DNA of 64,000 nucleotides from Gammaproteobacteria bacterium (GTDB lineage Bacteria; Pseudomonadota; Gammaproteobacteria; Steroidobacterales; Rariloculaceae): NCBI GenBank assembly GCA_039933105.1, contig JBDTOT010000018.1, positions 26,083 to 90,082 of the forward strand, read 5' to 3'. Shown piece by piece: positions 61,395 to 64,000 of this stretch (position 1 is its first letter; each line of letters starts with the position of its first letter). The notes under the pieces were generated by a model. It saw only the letters and a program-made list of their open reading frames with translations, ran no database searches and was not told where the DNA came from. The position numbers and the translations under genes were made by a program.

Positions 61395-62384
61395 TCAGGC
61401 GGCCAAGCCCCGGATCCAGCGGTCGATCGACACCGCGGCGAGGATCAACACACCGATCAGGAGATAGGTCCACTGCGGGTCTGCGCCCGCGATTCGCAAC
61501 CCGAGACCGAACACGCCCACGATCAGCGAGCCGAACAGCATGCCGAAGATCGAGCCGCGCCCGCCGAACAGAGAGACGCCGCCGATCACGACAGCCGTAA
61601 TGCTCTCGATGTTGGCGAACTGACCGGAAGTCGGCGCCACGGAGCCGACGCGACCGATCAGAACCCAGCCGGCCAGCGCGCAGATCACGCCGGCGAGCAC
61701 GTATACGGAGATCAGCGTGCGGCGAACCTGCACGCCCGCAAGCTCCGCGGCGTCGGCATCGTCGCCGATGGCGTAGACGTGCCGCCCCCATGCCGTGTGG
61801 CGCAGCACGTAACTCAACAGCGCAACCAGCCCGACCAGAGCGCCGGCGCCGAGCGTCAACGAAGCACCGGCCACTTCGAGTGGCCGGCCGAACAGTTGCA
61901 GCAACGGCGCTTGCGCCTCGATGACCTGGCTGCGGATCGATTCGTTGCCCGAATACAGAAAGTTGGTCGCCAGAACGATCTGCCATGTCGCGAGCGTGAC
62001 GATGAACGGCTGCAGCTTCATGCGCGCGACGAGCCAGCCGTTCACGCAACCGAGAGCGGCGCCGAGCGCGAAGCCGGCCAGGATCGCAAGCGGTGTCGGC
62101 CAGCCGTAGTGCACAGCGCAGTGGCCCATGACCACCGAGGTCAACACCATGATCGCGCCGCCCGACAGATCGATGCCGGCGGTGAGCACCACGAGCGTCT
62201 GCGCAGCGCCGACGAGGCCGACGATCATCACCTGTTGCAGAATCAGCGACAGCGTGAAGGGCGATAGGAATCGCGAGCCGAGCACCACACCGAACGCGGC
62301 CACCGACACCGCCAATATCGTCAGCGGCACCAGCGCGGGTTCGGAATGCAGGAGGCTCCGGACGCGCTCGATCAGCCCCAGCAT
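61395..62384 (-). CDS. Sugar ABC transporter permease (RbsC/AraH-like)
   Basis: 329 aa, about 10 hydrophobic segments. Stop lies 2 nt before the ATPase start. Confidence 0.88.
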   Translation of the reverse strand: MLGLIERVRSLLHSEPALVPLTILAVSVAAFGVVLGSRFLSPFTLSLILQQVMIVGLVGAAQTLVVLTAGIDLSGGAIMVLTSVVMGHCAVHYGWPTPLAILAGFALGAALGCVNGWLVARMKLQPFIVTLATWQIVLATNFLYSGNESIRSQVIEAQAPLLQLFGRPLEVAGASLTLGAGALVGLVALLSYVLRHTAWGRHVYAIGDDADAAELAGVQVRRTLISVYVLAGVICALAGWVLIGRVGSVAPTSGQFANIESITAVVIGGVSLFGGRGSIFGMLFGSLIVGVFGLGLRIAGADPQWTYLLIGVLILAAVSIDRWIRGLAA

Positions 62385-63385
62385 TTCTGGAGGCCGGTCC
62401 TGGAGTCGATCGATTTCAGGCCCGCGACGGGCTTGTCGGTGACGAGCACCGCACCGGTGTCGAAGAAGTCGAGCCCGGTCGTCGCCGCTGGCCGCACGCC
62501 GGTTCGGACGAATTTCACGATGGCTTCGATACCCAACGAGGCCATCAGCAGCGGGTATTGCTGCGCCGTCGCGCCGATCGCGCCCGCCGCGACGTTCTGC
62601 ACTCCGGGGCAGCCGCCATCGACCGACACGAGCAGCACGTCCCGCGCTCTGCCGGCCGCTTTCAGCGCTTCATAGGCGCCGGCGGCAGCCGGTTCGTTGA
62701 TCGTGTACACGACATTGATCCGCGGATCTTTCTGCAGGCAGTTCTCCATCGCCCTGCGGCCACCTTCGGGATTGCCGTTGGTAATGTCGTGACACACGTT
62801 ACGGGGATCGGTTTCGTCGCCGATGCGGTTCGGATTGCCGACGTCGATACCGAAACCCTTCATGAAACCCTGATCGCGCAAGACATCCACCGTGGGTCTG
62901 CTCGGCAGCAGATCGAGATACGCGATCCGCGCGTTGGCGGCCGAACTCCCGAGCTGGCCTTTGGCCCAGGCGCCGACCAGCTCGCCGGCCTTGAAGTTGT
63001 CGGTGGCGAAGGTCGCATCCGCTGCGTTCGTGGGCTCGAGCGGCGTGTCGAGAGCGATCACGAGAATGCCTCTGGCGCGCGCCGCCTTGACCGAATCGAC
63101 GATGGCGGCGCTGTCGGTCGGTACGAGCAGGATGCCGTTGACGCGATTCGCGATGCAGGACTCGATCGCCGCGATCTGGCCTTCGTTGTCACCTTCCTCG
63201 CGGCCCGCGAGCGCCGTCAGCTTCACCCCCAGCTCCTCTGCTTTGGCCCGCGCGCCCTCCTTCATCTTCACGAAGAACGGGTTGGTGTCGGTCTTGGTGA
63301 TGATGCAGGCGTTCACCGGTTGCGCCCCACTCATCGACGAGCCGAGAACACCGAGAACGAACGCCGCCACGCACCCGACATTCAT
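62372..63385 (-). CDS. Periplasmic sugar-binding protein (RbsB-like)
   Basis: Signal peptide from ATG 63385. Contains [16 protein letters not shown]...GILLVPTDS...VIALDTP, typical of type-I sugar-binding proteins. Confidence 0.88.
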   Translation of the reverse strand: MNVGCVAAFVLGVLGSSMSGAQPVNACIITKTDTNPFFVKMKEGARAKAEELGVKLTALAGREEGDNEGQIAAIESCIANRVNGILLVPTDSAAIVDSVKAARARGILVIALDTPLEPTNAADATFATDNFKAGELVGAWAKGQLGSSAANARIAYLDLLPSRPTVDVLRDQGFMKGFGIDVGNPNRIGDETDPRNVCHDITNGNPEGGRRAMENCLQKDPRINVVYTINEPAAAGAYEALKAAGRARDVLLVSVDGGCPGVQNVAAGAIGATAQQYPLLMASLGIEAIVKFVRTGVRPAATTGLDFFDTGAVLVTDKPVAGLKSIDSRTGLQKCWG

Positions 63386-63465
63386 TCTTGCCGCAACCAC
63401 CCTGCAACCCCCGCGCCTCGACGCAACACTTGCCGAAGGCAATGATTAGGGACCGGAGGAAAGAT

Positions 63466-63479
63466 TACAAACGTTTGCA
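63466..63479. promoter_or_regulatory. LacI/GalR-type operator palindrome TACAAACGTTTGCA
   Basis: Core CAAACGTTTG is perfectly self-complementary. Preceded by GATTA, like the 19007 site. Lies 81 nt upstream of the binding-protein start. Confidence 0.5.
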
Positions 63480-63553
63480 AACGCCGGGCCTTCGCAATCA
63501 TGCTGCGAGCGGTCGCAACGGTGCCGGCACATGAACCAGGAGTATCCAACCCG

Positions 63554-64000
63554 ATGAAGAGAATCGCGCTGCTTACGATATTCGCTGCGACGGCCCTGAC
63601 CGCCCAGACAGCCAAAGCCCCTCTGCCCGCCGACATCGACACCCAGTCCTTCTCGCGCCTACCCCTGGTGCTCAAGGATTCGCTCGACGCCGAAGGCAAG
63701 CGCATCTTCGAGGTCATCAACGGCAAGGAAGGCAACGTACCGCGCGTCGGCCCGCCCAACAACACGATGTACAGCCTGGCGGCGGCCGAACCGTTTGACG
63801 TGTTGAATCAGGTGCTGCGCAAAGCGAACGTGATCGGCGCGCAGTTCTTCGAGATCAGCACGCTCGTCCCGGCGCGCGAGTTCAACCAGCCGTACGAGTG
63901 GACGGGTCACGAGCTCGGGGCACAACGAGCCGGCGTCGACCAGAAGGTCATCGACGTGATCAAGCACGACCGACCCGTCACCGGGCTGCCGGAAAAAGAG
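63554..64000 (+). CDS. Exported CMD-family protein (3-prime end beyond window)
   Basis: Not in the ORF track because it is open-ended. Translation reads MKRIALLTIFAATALTAQTAKAPLPAD...FFEISTLVPAREFNQPYEWTGHELGAQRAGVDQKVIDVIKH. It resembles the N-half of 29223..29867. Confidence 0.75.
   Translation, partial: MKRIALLTIFAATALTAQTAKAPLPADIDTQSFSRLPLVLKDSLDAEGKRIFEVINGKEGNVPRVGPPNNTMYSLAAAEPFDVLNQVLRKANVIGAQFFEISTLVPAREFNQPYEWTGHELGAQRAGVDQKVIDVIKHDRPVTGLPEKE

Noticed and set aside
1-64000. Search for CRISPR arrays, IS elements, integrases, phage or toxin-antitoxin genes, rRNA/tRNA
   Set aside because: I found none. There are no regularly spaced repeats, no transposase- or integrase-like ORFs and no terminal inverted repeats. 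The paralogue expansion therefore does not look like a classic mobile element.

Overview
High-GC (roughly two-thirds G+C by eye) chromosomal segment from a Gram-negative, proteobacterium-like organism. It holds about 55 protein genes. I see no rRNA, tRNA, CRISPR array, integrase or transposase. All similarity statements are by-eye readings of the supplied translations and DNA; no database search was possible. LEFT THIRD: a heterodimeric ABC exporter pair with a TetR regulator, a GST, an AraC regulator convergent with a TonB-dependent receptor, and a glutathione peroxidase. It also holds a LacI-type sugar cluster (GH13 sucrose-phosphorylase-like enzyme, family-IV esterase, MFS, LacI, fructokinase) and an IorAB-like 2Fe-2S/molybdopterin oxidoreductase. 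MIDDLE: a six-gene minus-strand operon (37578 down to 29223) in which every product carries an export signal. It encodes two PQQ quinohemoproteins, an alpha/beta hydrolase, a beta-propeller lactonase and two CMD-domain proteins. MAIN FINDING: a repeated, uncharacterised periplasmic gene set. Eleven ORFs belong to one exported-protein superfamily that I cannot name, here called UXP with subtypes A, C, D and E. They are wired, often by overlapping stop/start codons, to five copies of a small protein whose predicted mature N-terminus is His-His (HH family). They are also wired to four MBL-fold proteins, two of which have degenerate metal motifs. One locus fuses a UXP-C domain to an MBL-like domain that are separate overlapping genes at another locus. 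Most copies lie between 39.7 and 60.5 kb, next to a LysR regulator and a membrane-anchored winged-helix regulator with a TolB-like periplasmic domain. Several short DNA motifs recur in the upstream regions of these operons. RIGHT EDGE: a sugar ABC importer whose promoter carries a LacI-type palindrome almost identical to one in the sucrose cluster 44 kb away. Many long ORFs in the track are antisense or out-of-frame shadows typical of high-GC DNA and were rejected.
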